64,000 bases of DNA from an uncultured Candidatus Rokubacteria bacterium (GCA_963771355.1 CAVYTA010000006.1:1152001-1216000), one strand, 5' to 3'; numbered from the stretch's first letter, positions 49,951 through 60,198 are shown. Notes: a model not told the origin generated them from the letters alone. Made by a program: numbers and translations.

Positions 49951-50874
49951 GTGAGTTCCCTCCGTCCGCTCGACGTCAAGGGCGCCACCGTCGCCCTCCT
50001 CCTCGCCGCGCTGTGGGGCGGCAATCCGGTGGCGGTGAAGGTCGGGCTCGCTGACGTCCCGCCGCTGCGCCTCGCCTGGATGCGCTTTCTCATCGGCGGG
50101 CTCACCATCCTCGCCTATGCGCTGTGGACGCGCCGGGCCGGTCTCCTCACCGTGCGGCCCGCGGAGTGGCGCGCGATCTGGTCGCTGGGCATCCTCTTCG
50201 CGGTGCAGATCGGCCTCATGAACCACGGCATCGCGCTCACCACCGCGTCCCACAGCGTGGTGCTGACCAGCTCGTACGCGATACACACCGTGCTCCTCGC
50301 GCACTTCTTCATCCCCGGTGACCGCCTCACCATTCCCAAGCTGATGGGCGTGCTGCTCGCCTATGCCGGCATCGTCGTCCTCTTCGCCCGCGACTTCGCG
50401 CAGGGCGGCGGCACCCTCCTCGGCGATCTGATCGTGGCGGCAAGCGCGCTCCTCCTCGGCGAGCGGATCGTGTACATGGCGCGCGCGGTGCAGAAGCTCG
50501 ATCCGGTGAAGCTGCTCCTCGGGCAGTCGGCCATCGGCAGCCTCTGCTTCCTGGGCGCGAGCCTCGTCTGGGAAGCGGACATTCCCTCGCGTTACACCTT
50601 CGCTCTGGCCGGCTCGCTCTTCTTCCAGGGGGTGGTGGTGGCAGGCTTCAACTTCGTGGTCAACGCGTGGCTGCTGCAGGTATACCGGCCCAGCACGCTC
50701 GCGGTGTGGTCGCTCACCTCGCCCCTCTGGGGCATCGTCATCGCCGTCGCCGTCACCGGCGACGAGCTCACCCCGACGCTCCTGCTCTCAGGCCTGCTGG
50801 TCGCGGTCGGCATCGGCGTCGCCACCCGGAAGTGGGGACGCCCCGCCTTGACGGCCGGAGCGAGGCCGCGGTAG
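49951..50874 (+). CDS. DMT/EamA family transporter
   Basis: About 10 TM segments, LWGGN..VKVGL..PPL..RF. GTG 49951 preferred; alternative ATG 49933. Confidence 0.88.
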   Translation: MSSLRPLDVKGATVALLLAALWGGNPVAVKVGLADVPPLRLAWMRFLIGGLTILAYALWTRRAGLLTVRPAEWRAIWSLGILFAVQIGLMNHGIALTTASHSVVLTSSYAIHTVLLAHFFIPGDRLTIPKLMGVLLAYAGIVVLFARDFAQGGGTLLGDLIVAASALLLGERIVYMARAVQKLDPVKLLLGQSAIGSLCFLGASLVWEADIPSRYTFALAGSLFFQGVVVAGFNFVVNAWLLQVYRPSTLAVWSLTSPLWGIVIAVAVTGDELTPTLLLSGLLVAVGIGVATRKWGRPALTAGARPR

Positions 50875-50883
50875 CCTGCCCCC

Positions 50884-51249
50884 ATGCCGACCCAAGCGTC
50901 GAAACAGCTCGAAGTCGTGCCCAACGCGCATCCCGATCGAGACTACGAGGTCGATCTCGAGATCCCCGAGTTCACCTGTCTCTGCCCGGTAACGGGCCAG
51001 CCGGACTTCGCGACGTTCCGGGTGCGGTATGTCCCTGACCAGCACCTGGTCGAGCTGAAGTCCATCAAGCTCTACGTCTGGTCGTACCGGAACGAGGGGG
51101 CCTTCCACGAGGCCGTCACCAACCGGATCCTCGACGACTTCGTGGCCGCCGCTCGGCCGCGCTGGATCGAGGTGGTGGGAGACTGGAACGTGCGGGGCGG
51201 GATCAAGACCGTGGTGCGCGCCACCCACGGCAAGCGGCCGGAGCTCTAG
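50884..51249 (+). CDS. queF: NADPH-dependent preQ0 reductase
   Basis: [35 protein letters not shown]. Confidence 0.95.
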   Translation: MPTQASKQLEVVPNAHPDRDYEVDLEIPEFTCLCPVTGQPDFATFRVRYVPDQHLVELKSIKLYVWSYRNEGAFHEAVTNRILDDFVAAARPRWIEVVGDWNVRGGIKTVVRATHGKRPEL

Positions 51250-51283
51250 CGCCCGCCCACCTTCACGAGGGGCAGCACGCCCC

Positions 51284-52150
51284 TCAGCTGGCCAGGGAGA
51301 GCAGCACCACGCCCGCCAGCATCACCAGGGCGCCGGGCGCGATATCCCGGACCTTCTGCTTCTCCCCGAAGATGAGCACCCCGATGCCCATGGCGAAGAG
51401 GATCTCGACCTGCTTCACCGCCTCCACGTAGGAGGAGAGCGTCATGAGATAGGCGGTGCCCTGGCTCACCGTGGTCAGCGCGGCGAAGAGGCCGAAGCTC
51501 ACGAAGGCCTTCCAGTGCTTGGGCACCTCCGCGAAGTGGCGTCGCGACGTCACCAGCACGATGGGCGTGACGAGCAGGCTCGCCGCGAGATAGCCGCCGA
51601 GCGTCCCCATGTAGGGATCCGAGCATTGCATGGCCCACTTGATGGTGACCACGGACGGCGCGAAGAACAGCGCGGCGAGGAGCGTGTAGCGGAGACCGCG
51701 GTCGGTGAAGAGCACCGCGAGCGGCGCCCACCACGCGAGGTGGGCGCGGTTGACGTTGAGGAGGTACACGCCCGACATGCTGATGAGGATGCCCAGGATG
51801 CCGAGCGCGCTCGGGACCTCGTGCAGCGTGAGGTAGCCCAGGACCACCAGGACCAGCAGGCTCACCTTCCACAGCGCGGTCACCATCGAGATCTGGCCCA
51901 GCTTGAGCGCCTTCGACAGCGCCATGGTCGAGATGGTCTGGCACGCCGCGAAGGCGAGGCAGGCCGGCACGAAGCCCGGCTTGATCGGCGGCACCCCGCG
52001 CCAGGCCACCATGGCCGCCGCGAACGGGAGCAGGAAGGTGAACCGGCCCCAGACGTTGATGTACTCGTCGAGGCTGTCGCCCAGGCGCTTCATCACCGTG
52101 TTGCGCAGCACCTGACAGAGCGCTGCGACGAGCGCCAGGAGAAACCACAT
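51284..52150 (-). CDS. DMT/EamA family transporter
   Basis: About 10 TM segments in two repeats, YVEAVKQ..IFGEK. Confidence 0.85.
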   Translation of the reverse strand: MWFLLALVAALCQVLRNTVMKRLGDSLDEYINVWGRFTFLLPFAAAMVAWRGVPPIKPGFVPACLAFAACQTISTMALSKALKLGQISMVTALWKVSLLVLVVLGYLTLHEVPSALGILGILISMSGVYLLNVNRAHLAWWAPLAVLFTDRGLRYTLLAALFFAPSVVTIKWAMQCSDPYMGTLGGYLAASLLVTPIVLVTSRRHFAEVPKHWKAFVSFGLFAALTTVSQGTAYLMTLSSYVEAVKQVEILFAMGIGVLIFGEKQKVRDIAPGALVMLAGVVLLSLAS

Positions 52151-52160
52151 GCGCGCGATA

Positions 52161-53444
52161 CTACACGAGCACTCCCGGATAGCCGGTCGAATTAGCCCCG
52201 AAACCTGGAAAGAGCGGCGCCTCCGGCGGAATGGCGAGATGGCCCTGCGCGACCTCGGCGAAGAGATGGCGGAAGTCGGTGGTCACCGCGAGATCGCGTC
52301 CCTCGAAGAGCTGGTCGCGGCGGAGGCCCGGCCAGCGCCCGTAGACCTTGCCGCCGCGCACCGGCCCGCCCAGCACCAGCATGGCCGTCGCGCGGCCGTG
52401 ATCCGTGCCCCGATTCCCGTTTTCCCGGACGGTGCGCCCGAACTCCGACATGGTGAGCACCACCACGTCGGCCATGCGGTCGCCCAGATCGCGGTCCAGC
52501 GCGGCCAGCCCCTGGGCGAAGTCGGTGAGCCGGTTCGCGAGCTGCCCTCGCTCGGCGCCCTGGACGGCGTGAGTGTCCCAGCCACCGGTGTCTGCGAACG
52601 CCACCTCCAGCCCCACGTCGGCCCGGACGAGCTGGGCGATCTGCCGCAGGCTCTCGCCGAAGCGCCCCCGTGGATACTGCGCGCCGTTGGCGGGGGCCAG
52701 GCCCTGCGGGCTGGCGCCCCTGAGCATCTTCACCGCCTCGAAGGTCTCGCGGCCGGTGCCGTGGAGGAGATCACGCACCCCGCTCTCGTACATGGACTCG
52801 AAGCCGCGGCGCGCGTTCACCGCCCCCGGCATCGCCGGCCCCGCATCGGATTTCACGTCGAAGTCGGCGATGCTGCTCATCGCCACCGCGCCTGCCTCCC
52901 CGCGGAGCACGCGCGGCAGCCGCGAGCCCATGGCCACTCCGCGGAACGGCGACGCGCCCGGCCGGGACGTGGCCTGGAGCCCGCGCGCCAGCCAGCCGTC
53001 AGCGGTGCTCTTCACTCCGGGCGTTCCTGATTCCATGTAGTCCTGGGCGTCGAAGTGCGAGCGCGTGGTGTCGGGCGAGCCGCAGGCGTGGACCACGGCG
53101 AGCCGGCGCGCGTCCCACAGCGGCCGGATGGGCGCCAGGGCCGGATGCAGGCCGAAGAAGCCGTCGAGGTCGAGCGTGGTCTCGGCGTTCCCCGCGGCGG
53201 GCGGCGCGATGGCGATGCCGCCGCGAGCCGCATAGTAGTCGGGGTCGCCGTGGGGCACCACCATGCTGAGCCCGTCCACCGCACCCCGCTGGAAGATTGC
53301 GATCAGCACCTTGGGGCGCGGGCCGGTGTCCTGGGCGTAGGCGGCGCGCACGAGGAAGCGCGGGACGCCGACGAGCCCGCCGCCCAGCCCCAGCAGGCTG
53401 AGGGCGCCTCCCTTCATGAATGCGCGGCGCGTGCACCCGTGCAT
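52161..53444 (-). CDS. DUF1501 family protein, Tat signal
   Basis: TRRAFMK, FQRGAVDGL, TRSHFDAQ, GGWDTH, SEFGRT, GTDHG. Confidence 0.9.
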   Translation of the reverse strand: MHGCTRRAFMKGGALSLLGLGGGLVGVPRFLVRAAYAQDTGPRPKVLIAIFQRGAVDGLSMVVPHGDPDYYAARGGIAIAPPAAGNAETTLDLDGFFGLHPALAPIRPLWDARRLAVVHACGSPDTTRSHFDAQDYMESGTPGVKSTADGWLARGLQATSRPGASPFRGVAMGSRLPRVLRGEAGAVAMSSIADFDVKSDAGPAMPGAVNARRGFESMYESGVRDLLHGTGRETFEAVKMLRGASPQGLAPANGAQYPRGRFGESLRQIAQLVRADVGLEVAFADTGGWDTHAVQGAERGQLANRLTDFAQGLAALDRDLGDRMADVVVLTMSEFGRTVRENGNRGTDHGRATAMLVLGGPVRGGKVYGRWPGLRRDQLFEGRDLAVTTDFRHLFAEVAQGHLAIPPEAPLFPGFGANSTGYPGVLV

Positions 53445-53448
53445 GCGG

Positions 53449-55167
53449 TCATCTCCTCTGGAACTCGGGCGAGCCGAGGACGAGGGCGGTGAGCTTCTCC
53501 ACGTCGGTGTTCTTCGGGCCGCGGTCGTCGGCGGTGGCGCGGACGATCTCCGGGTTCTCGAGCTGGGCGGCGAGCACGCGCCGGGTCTCCGGGGAGACGT
53601 GGCCGCGGAGCACCACCGCGAACATCCGGTCGAGGACCCGGCCGGGCCGACGGCGGTCCACGCCCTCCAGGAAGGGGGCGAGATCGACGCGCGCGCCCGG
53701 CAACCGGTTATGGACCAGCGCCAAGGCGAAGTTCATGCGGCTCAGCAGCGCGCCCGCGCTCACCCACGCCTCGGCCACGTCGGGATGGCCGGTGGGCGGC
53801 AGGGCCTCGTAGAGCGGCTCACCCAGCGCGGCGACCTGGCGGGCGAGCACGGCGCCTCCGCCCGACACCGCGTTGCGGCCCGGCGTGACGGCATCCGGCG
53901 GCGCGTCGAGCCGGGCCCCCAGCACGCGGGCGGCGCTGGCCACCATCTCCAGCGGCTTCTTGACCTTGGCGTGATGCGCCTCCGCGGAGAGAAACTCGGG
54001 CGCGCCGAAGATGGTGACCAGCACCGCCCGGATGTCGCCGTCCGTGGCCCGGAAGGTTCGGGCCGCGCGCTCGACCAGCGCCGGCGGCGGCTCGTCGCTC
54101 ACGAAGCGCCGGACGAGCTTGGTCGAGATGAAGCGCGCCGTCGACGGGTGCCGGACGAGGAGGTCGATCACGGCCAGGCCGTCCTCCTGCCCGCCGCCCG
54201 CGGGAATCACCGTGCCCAGCACGCGCTTCTCGCCGCGGTCGTGGGTCTGGGGACGGAAGAGGAACCCCCCGCCCTGCTGCGGGCGATCGATGGTCCAGCC
54301 CGTGAAGCAGCGGGCGACCTCCACCACATCCCCCTGGCTGTAGCCGCCGTCAACGCCGAGCGTATGGAGCTCCATCAGCTCACGCGCGTAGTTCTCGTTG
54401 AGCCCCAGCTTGCGGCCGCCCCGCGCCGGCGACAGCGTGAAGCCCTCGCGCGTGCTCAGCCAGTTGTCGAGGTAGTAGAGCATGGCGGGATGCTGGGCGG
54501 TGGCGACCACGAGGTCGCGGAACTGACCGAGCGCGTGGGGACGGAGGGCCTGGCGCTCGTAGTCGGGCACCATCCAGCGCACCGGCCCCTTGAGCGAGTA
54601 GACGTTGAAGTGGTTGAGCCAGAAATCCACCATCACTTCTTCGAGCTGCCGCTCGGAGAGCACCGCCCGGGTGAGCTTGGCCGCCTGGAGCTGCGCGGTG
54701 ATGACCGCGGGACGACGGTCGGGCGGAAAGGCCTCGCGGATCTCCTGCGGTGCCATCAGCCCCGCCTGGAACTTCTCAACATCCTGGGGCCGCGGCGGCG
54801 GATAGTCCCGGTACAGCTCCGCCGCGGTGAGGGGCAGCACGGGGAAGGCCGCGAGCGCCCGCTCGACGGCCTCGTCGGGAATGCGCCCGGGCTCCAGCTG
54901 CCGCTCGATCCAGGCCGCGAGCCCGGCGGCGCGCACGCGCTCGACCTCGCCCGGGCGCGGGCCGTACCCGAGGCGATACAGGACGTGGACCACCTGCTGC
55001 TCCGGACTCAGCGTGGAAGGCGCCAGGGTGACGCGATAGCGGGCGGAGGGATCGGTGGGAGCGGTCACGGGGGACGCGGTCCCTCGGGGACCGGGCGCGC
55101 TGGAGGAACAGGCGGCCAGGCTTCCCGCCACCAGCACGAAGGTGAGGCCCAGGACGAGGCGTCGCAT
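53449..55167 (-). CDS. DUF1800 family protein, lipoprotein signal
   Basis: LAAC lipobox, FWLNHFNV, PAMLYYLDN, NENYARELMELHTLG, SPEFQRR. Confidence 0.9.
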   Translation of the reverse strand: MRRLVLGLTFVLVAGSLAACSSSAPGPRGTASPVTAPTDPSARYRVTLAPSTLSPEQQVVHVLYRLGYGPRPGEVERVRAAGLAAWIERQLEPGRIPDEAVERALAAFPVLPLTAAELYRDYPPPRPQDVEKFQAGLMAPQEIREAFPPDRRPAVITAQLQAAKLTRAVLSERQLEEVMVDFWLNHFNVYSLKGPVRWMVPDYERQALRPHALGQFRDLVVATAQHPAMLYYLDNWLSTREGFTLSPARGGRKLGLNENYARELMELHTLGVDGGYSQGDVVEVARCFTGWTIDRPQQGGGFLFRPQTHDRGEKRVLGTVIPAGGGQEDGLAVIDLLVRHPSTARFISTKLVRRFVSDEPPPALVERAARTFRATDGDIRAVLVTIFGAPEFLSAEAHHAKVKKPLEMVASAARVLGARLDAPPDAVTPGRNAVSGGGAVLARQVAALGEPLYEALPPTGHPDVAEAWVSAGALLSRMNFALALVHNRLPGARVDLAPFLEGVDRRRPGRVLDRMFAVVLRGHVSPETRRVLAAQLENPEIVRATADDRGPKNTDVEKLTALVLGSPEFQRR

Positions 55168-55237
55168 GCGCGGCTCCAAAAGGTGAGACGTCTCCCTGTA
55201 TCTTAATGTTTACACGCCCCGGCTGTCCTCCCCGAAA

Positions 55238-56005
55238 TCACAGGAAGCCGTAGGAGGACCACCCCCCGTCCACGGTGAGGATCTCGCCGGTGATGAAGGA
55301 AGCGCCGGGGGTGGCGAGGAAGAGCGCCGCCTCCGCGATCTCGTCGGAGCTCCCCAGTCGCCCCATGGGCGTGCGGCGGGCGAGCTTGGTGGGATCGAGG
55401 AGACCGCGCGCGATGAGGCCCCCGATGAACTCGGTCTCCACGTAGCCGGGGGCGATGGCATTGACCCGGACGCCCCGGGCCGCCCACTCGATGGCCATCA
55501 CCTTGGTCATCATGTTGAGCGCGGCCTTGGACACGCAGTACGCGAGGCGCTGCGGCACCGCGACCAGGCCGAAGATGCTGCTGATGTTGATGATGGTTCC
55601 GCTCCCGCGCGCCAGCATCCCCCGCGCCACGTCCTGGCTGAGCACGAAGTAGCCATTCAGATTCAGGTCGAGGGTGTCGCGGTAGTCGGCCTCGGGCAGC
55701 TCCTCCGAGGGCGCCACCCGGGGCTGGCCCGCATTGTTGACCAGGACGTCGGGGGCGCCGCCCAGCGCCGCCCCCGCCTCGCGCGCCAGCCGGCGCACGT
55801 CGTCCGAGCGCGCGAGGTCCGCCGCGAGAGCCAGCGCGGAGGGGCCCAGCCCGCGCGCCACCGCCTCGCAGTCCGCCGCGTTTCGCGAGTTCACCACCAC
55901 GCGCGCTCCCTCACGGATGAAGGCCCGCGCGATGGCGAGCCCGATGCCCCGAGTGGAACCGGTGACGACGGCGGTTTTCCCCGCCAGCCGTCCCGGCTCG
56001 CTCAC
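55238..56005 (-). CDS. Short-chain dehydrogenase/reductase
   Basis: TGSTRGIG, VNNAG, YCVSK, RVNAIAPG, VDGG. Confidence 0.93.
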   Translation of the reverse strand: MSEPGRLAGKTAVVTGSTRGIGLAIARAFIREGARVVVNSRNAADCEAVARGLGPSALALAADLARSDDVRRLAREAGAALGGAPDVLVNNAGQPRVAPSEELPEADYRDTLDLNLNGYFVLSQDVARGMLARGSGTIINISSIFGLVAVPQRLAYCVSKAALNMMTKVMAIEWAARGVRVNAIAPGYVETEFIGGLIARGLLDPTKLARRTPMGRLGSSDEIAEAALFLATPGASFITGEILTVDGGWSSYGFL

Positions 56006-56811
56006 TTCCTGACGCCCTTGAGGAACTCCAGCAGCGCCCCGTTGAAACGGGGCGCCTCCTCGAGGACGAAGGCGTGCGCCCCGGGCAGGATGCGGAAGCG
56101 GGCGTCGGGGATCATGCCCGCGAGCGCGCGCGAGAAGGCGGGCGGGGTGAGGATGTCTTCCTTCCCCACCAGGACCTGGGTGGGCGCCTTGATGCGGGAG
56201 ATCTCCTTGAGCCGCGTCCCGTTCCACGCGATCAGCCCCTCGCCCTGGCGGGCGAGCGCCTCGGGCCGGGTGGGGAACGGATAGGCGAGCGAGCGCTTGA
56301 GCGCGTCGGCCATCGCGGTCTCGTCGGCGAGGAAGGCCGGACTGTAGAGCCAGGGAAAGAGGAGGTGGCGGAAGCGATCCTCGAGGCTCAGGTGCGGCGA
56401 CAGCGCCATCCACGCGCGGACCACCTGGACGAAGCGGGCGTCGCCATGCGCCCAGCTACAGCAGATGGAGAGGCTGCGCACGCGCTTGGGGTGGCGGATG
56501 GCAAGCTCCATGGCGATGGTGCCGCCCATGGAGGCGCCCACCACGTGAGCCCGCGTCACGCCCAGGTGGTCGAGCAGCACCGCCGCGTCGTCGGCGAGGA
56601 GCGCGGTGGGATAGGACGGGAGGTCGGGCATCTCGCTCTCGCCCACGCCTCGGTTGTCCAGCGTGATCACCTGGTAGCGCGCCGAGAGATCCTTGACCTG
56701 GAGCAGCCACCCCACCGCCGGGCCGCCGAGGCCGCTCACGAGGAGCAGCGGATCTCCCTGCCCGTAGACTTCGTAGTGCGCCCGGTTGCCGTTGAGCGTG
56801 GCGAAAGGCAT
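56002..56811 (-). CDS. Alpha/beta hydrolase
   Basis: DNRGVG, GASMGG nucleophile elbow, GKEDILTP, GAH. Confidence 0.9.
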   Translation of the reverse strand: MPFATLNGNRAHYEVYGQGDPLLLVSGLGGPAVGWLLQVKDLSARYQVITLDNRGVGESEMPDLPSYPTALLADDAAVLLDHLGVTRAHVVGASMGGTIAMELAIRHPKRVRSLSICCSWAHGDARFVQVVRAWMALSPHLSLEDRFRHLLFPWLYSPAFLADETAMADALKRSLAYPFPTRPEALARQGEGLIAWNGTRLKEISRIKAPTQVLVGKEDILTPPAFSRALAGMIPDARFRILPGAHAFVLEEAPRFNGALLEFLKGVRK

Positions 56812-56821
56812 GAGAACTCCC

Positions 56822-57826
56822 TCAGGGAATGACGGCGATCTTGATGGACCCCGGCGAGCGGTGCGCGTGGAAGGCGTCCTGCGCTTCCGCGAGCGGGAAG
56901 CGATGGGTGAGCAGCCGCTCCGTCCGCACCGCGCCCGAGGCGAGAAGGCGAATTGCCTCCGGAAACTCCGTCTGGTAGATCATCGAGCCGAGGATGGTCA
57001 GCTCGCGGCGCACCACCCAGAAGAACTCCACCGCGGAGGGCTGGTGGGGCAGGCCGGTGAGCACCACGCGCCCGCCCGGCCGCGCCAGCTCCAGCGCCTG
57101 GCTCACCGCCTCTGCGTTGCCCGCGGTCTCGATCACGAGGTCGACCCCTTCGCGGCCGGACAGCGCGCGCGCCGCCGCCCCCGCCGAGCCGGTGACGCTG
57201 CTCACGGCGGCGGCGGCGCCGAGCGCGCGCGCCACCTCGAGGCGCCCCTCGCTCCGGCCCACCGCCAGCACCGAGAGCCCGCGCGCGCGCAGCACCTGGA
57301 CCGCGAGCAGGCCGAGGGTCCCCACTCCAAGCACGGCCGCCGTCTCGCCGGCGGCGGCGGCGCCACGGCCCACCGCCCGCGTCACCACCGCCAGGGGCTC
57401 GGCCAGGAGCAGCTGATCGTCGGACAGGTCCGCGGGTGCGGGCCAGCACACCCGGGCGGGAAGCCGCGCCTGCTCGCCGAGCCCGCCGTCCACGTCGATG
57501 CCCACCGCCGTGCGCGCGAGGCAAAGATTGCGATTCCCCTCGCGGCAGAGCGCGCACCGGCCGCACGAGTAGTTCGGCTCCACCGCGACCTTGGTGCCTG
57601 CGGTGACGCCGGTCACTCCCTCGCCCACCGCCTCCACCCGGCCGATGAACTCGTGGCCCATCACCAGCGGGTAGCGCACCGGACGGTCGCCCGTCCAGAT
57701 GCTGTAGTCGGTGCCGCACAGTCCCACCGCGAGAACGCGCACCACCACGTCGCCGGGGCCGGGCACGAGGTCGGGGACGGATTCCACCCGCAGGTCGCGG
57801 GGACCGTGGAGAAGCGCGGCGCGCAT
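56822..57826 (-). CDS. Zinc-dependent (MDR) alcohol/polyol dehydrogenase
   Basis: GLCGTD, GHEFIG, CGRCALC..NLC, GVGTLG. Confidence 0.92.
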   Translation of the reverse strand: MRAALLHGPRDLRVESVPDLVPGPGDVVVRVLAVGLCGTDYSIWTGDRPVRYPLVMGHEFIGRVEAVGEGVTGVTAGTKVAVEPNYSCGRCALCREGNRNLCLARTAVGIDVDGGLGEQARLPARVCWPAPADLSDDQLLLAEPLAVVTRAVGRGAAAAGETAAVLGVGTLGLLAVQVLRARGLSVLAVGRSEGRLEVARALGAAAAVSSVTGSAGAAARALSGREGVDLVIETAGNAEAVSQALELARPGGRVVLTGLPHQPSAVEFFWVVRRELTILGSMIYQTEFPEAIRLLASGAVRTERLLTHRFPLAEAQDAFHAHRSPGSIKIAVIP

Positions 57827-57889
57827 GGCGCGTATCCTAGCAGAAGACTTCGTGTTACATTGGCCGTGGATGCGATCGCACTCGCGCAC

Positions 57890-58675
57890 ATGACGACCCC
57901 CGCGTCCTCCTCTTTCGTGAGGGATCAGAAGCCGGCGCCGCTGCCGATCTGGCGGGAGGCGCTGGCCGGGCTCGACTGGGTCTCGCTCCGGACGTCCCCC
58001 CTCTTCTACGGCTGCGGAGTGCCGCGCGGCGACGGTGCCGCGGTGGTCCTCGTCCCGGGCTTCCTCGCCAGCGACTGGTACCTCTTCGAGATCCATGCGT
58101 GGCTGGCCCGGATCGGCTACCGTCCTGAGCTCTCGCGCGTGGGCCGTAACGCGGAGTGCCTCGACGTCATCGCCGATCGCCTGTTCGTCACGATCGAATC
58201 GGCGCGGGCCGCCACCGGGCGGCCGGTGCACCTGATCGGGCATAGCCTCGGCGGGCTGCTGGCGCGCTCCGCGGCGACGCGGCGCCCCGATCTCATCGCC
58301 TCCGTGACGACGCTGGGGGCCCCGTTCCGCGGGATCCGCGGGCATCCGCTCGTGCTCTTCGCCTCCGACCGGGTTCGCGACCGCCTGAGCCGGACGCGTG
58401 AGGGCAAGCCGGACTGCTATACCGGCTACTGCGCGTGCCCGGCGGTGGGTGGACTCACGGCGCCCTTCCCCCCTTCGATCCCGCAGATGGCGGTGTATAC
58501 CCGCTCCGACGGCATCGTGGACTGGCAGTACTGCATCACCGGCGATGCCGCGACGGACTTCGAGGTGTCGGGGACTCACATCGGGCTTGTCGTCAATCCC
58601 GCCGTGTACCGGCTCATCGCGACGCATCTCGCCGCGGCAGGCCGGTCCGCTTCTTCCGCCGGGACCCGCGGCTAG
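57890..58675 (+). CDS. Lipase/esterase-like alpha/beta hydrolase
   Basis: LVPGFLASD, GHSLGG, TLGAPF, SDGIVDW, HIGL. Confidence 0.88.
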   Translation: MTTPASSSFVRDQKPAPLPIWREALAGLDWVSLRTSPLFYGCGVPRGDGAAVVLVPGFLASDWYLFEIHAWLARIGYRPELSRVGRNAECLDVIADRLFVTIESARAATGRPVHLIGHSLGGLLARSAATRRPDLIASVTTLGAPFRGIRGHPLVLFASDRVRDRLSRTREGKPDCYTGYCACPAVGGLTAPFPPSIPQMAVYTRSDGIVDWQYCITGDAATDFEVSGTHIGLVVNPAVYRLIATHLAAAGRSASSAGTRG

Positions 58676-58686
58676 GGATCGCCCCG

Positions 58687-60147
58687 GTGGGGGCTCGCGA
58701 GCTCAATCGCCGTCTCACCTCCGTCGACGCCACCTTCCTCTACGCCGAGAAGCCGACCCAGCCCATGCACGTGGGCGGCTGCATGATCTACGAGGGGCGG
58801 CTGTCGCTGGAGGCGCTGACCGAGGTGCTGAACGCACGGCTGCACCTCCTCCCGCGCTATCGCCAGAAGGTGGTGTTCCCGCCCTTCGGGCTCGCGCATC
58901 CCACCTGGGAGGACGATCCCGACTTCGACATCCGCAATCACGCCGCCGAGATCACGTTGCCTTCGCCGGGCGACGACCGGATGCTCTCGGAGGCGGGCGG
59001 ACAGGCCTTCGCGGGGATGCTCGATCGGAACCATCCCCTCTGGAAGCTCATCGTGGTACACGGGCGCGCCGACGGGAATACCGCGGTGATCTGGAAGATC
59101 CACCACGCCATGATCGACGGGGTCTCCGGCGTGGACCTCACCATGGTGCTCCACGACCTCAAGCAGGACGCGGCGCCCCCGGAGCCGCCGGCCGCGCCCT
59201 GGCAGCCCCAGCCCGTCCCCGATCCCCTCACCCTGCTGCAGGACTCGGTACGCGACCGGCTCACCGAGGTCGCGCGGATCGCGACCGACGAGACCTTCCG
59301 GCTCCTCCGCCCCACCGAGCTCGAGGCGCGTGTCCGACAGCTCGCCAGCGCCGTCACGTCGACCGCCCCGAACGTGCTCCGCCCGGCGCCGCGGGTACCG
59401 TTCAACGGGACGATCGGGGCGGAGCGGCGTTTCGGCTGGGCGGAGTTCTCCTTCGGCGAGTTCCGGCACGTGAAGTCCGTCCTGGGCGGCACCGTCAACG
59501 ACGTGGTGCTGGCGGTGATCGCGGGGGGGCTGGGCCGCTACCTCCGCGCCCTGGGTCTCTCCACCGACGGTGTGGAGCTCCGCGCGATGTGCCCGGTGAG
59601 CATGCGCCGGCCCGATCAGCGCGGCGCCCTGGGCAATCTCGTGTCCATGATCTTCGCCCCGCTGCACGTGGGCATCCTGGACCCGGTGGCGCGGCTCACC
59701 GCCGAGCGCGAGGCAATGGAGCGGCTCAAGAACCAGGACCAGGCGGGCGGACTCTACGAGATGACGAATCTGCTGGAGCAGGTGCCGCCCGCGCTGGCCG
59801 CGGTGGCCGGGCAGCTCTCGATCCCGAACACGCTGCTCAACACCGTGTCCACGAACGTGCCCGGACCCCAGATCCCGCTCTTCCTCTCGGGCCGGCGGCT
59901 CATCGGCTGGTACCCGCTCCTGCCCCTCGCCGGCGAGGTCGGGCTTTGCAACGCGATCCTCACGTACGACCAGCGGCTCACCATCGGGGTGACCACCGAT
60001 CCGCGCCTCGTCCCCGACGTCTGGCTCTACGTCGAATGCCTGAAGGCGTCCTTCGCCGAGCTCCGCGACGCTGCCGGGCGGCGAGAAGAGTCCAGACGCG
60101 AAGCGGCGCCCGAGAGCCGCCCCCGAGACGTACCCCTGGTACGTTGA
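58687..60147 (+). CDS. Wax ester synthase/diacylglycerol acyltransferase (WS/DGAT)
   Basis: DATFLYAE..PMHVG, KIHHAMIDG (HHxxxDG), TVNDVVLA, TNVPGP. Confidence 0.93.
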   Translation: MGARELNRRLTSVDATFLYAEKPTQPMHVGGCMIYEGRLSLEALTEVLNARLHLLPRYRQKVVFPPFGLAHPTWEDDPDFDIRNHAAEITLPSPGDDRMLSEAGGQAFAGMLDRNHPLWKLIVVHGRADGNTAVIWKIHHAMIDGVSGVDLTMVLHDLKQDAAPPEPPAAPWQPQPVPDPLTLLQDSVRDRLTEVARIATDETFRLLRPTELEARVRQLASAVTSTAPNVLRPAPRVPFNGTIGAERRFGWAEFSFGEFRHVKSVLGGTVNDVVLAVIAGGLGRYLRALGLSTDGVELRAMCPVSMRRPDQRGALGNLVSMIFAPLHVGILDPVARLTAEREAMERLKNQDQAGGLYEMTNLLEQVPPALAAVAGQLSIPNTLLNTVSTNVPGPQIPLFLSGRRLIGWYPLLPLAGEVGLCNAILTYDQRLTIGVTTDPRLVPDVWLYVECLKASFAELRDAAGRREESRREAAPESRPRDVPLVR

Positions 60148-60198
60148 GGGAGTGGCCGAGGGCGCGAACGACGCAGCTGGGCCCTTCTCGGCGGCCGG

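Noticed and set aside
50875..50883. preQ1 riboswitch before queF
   Set aside because: Only 9 nt of intergenic space and no aptamer motif.
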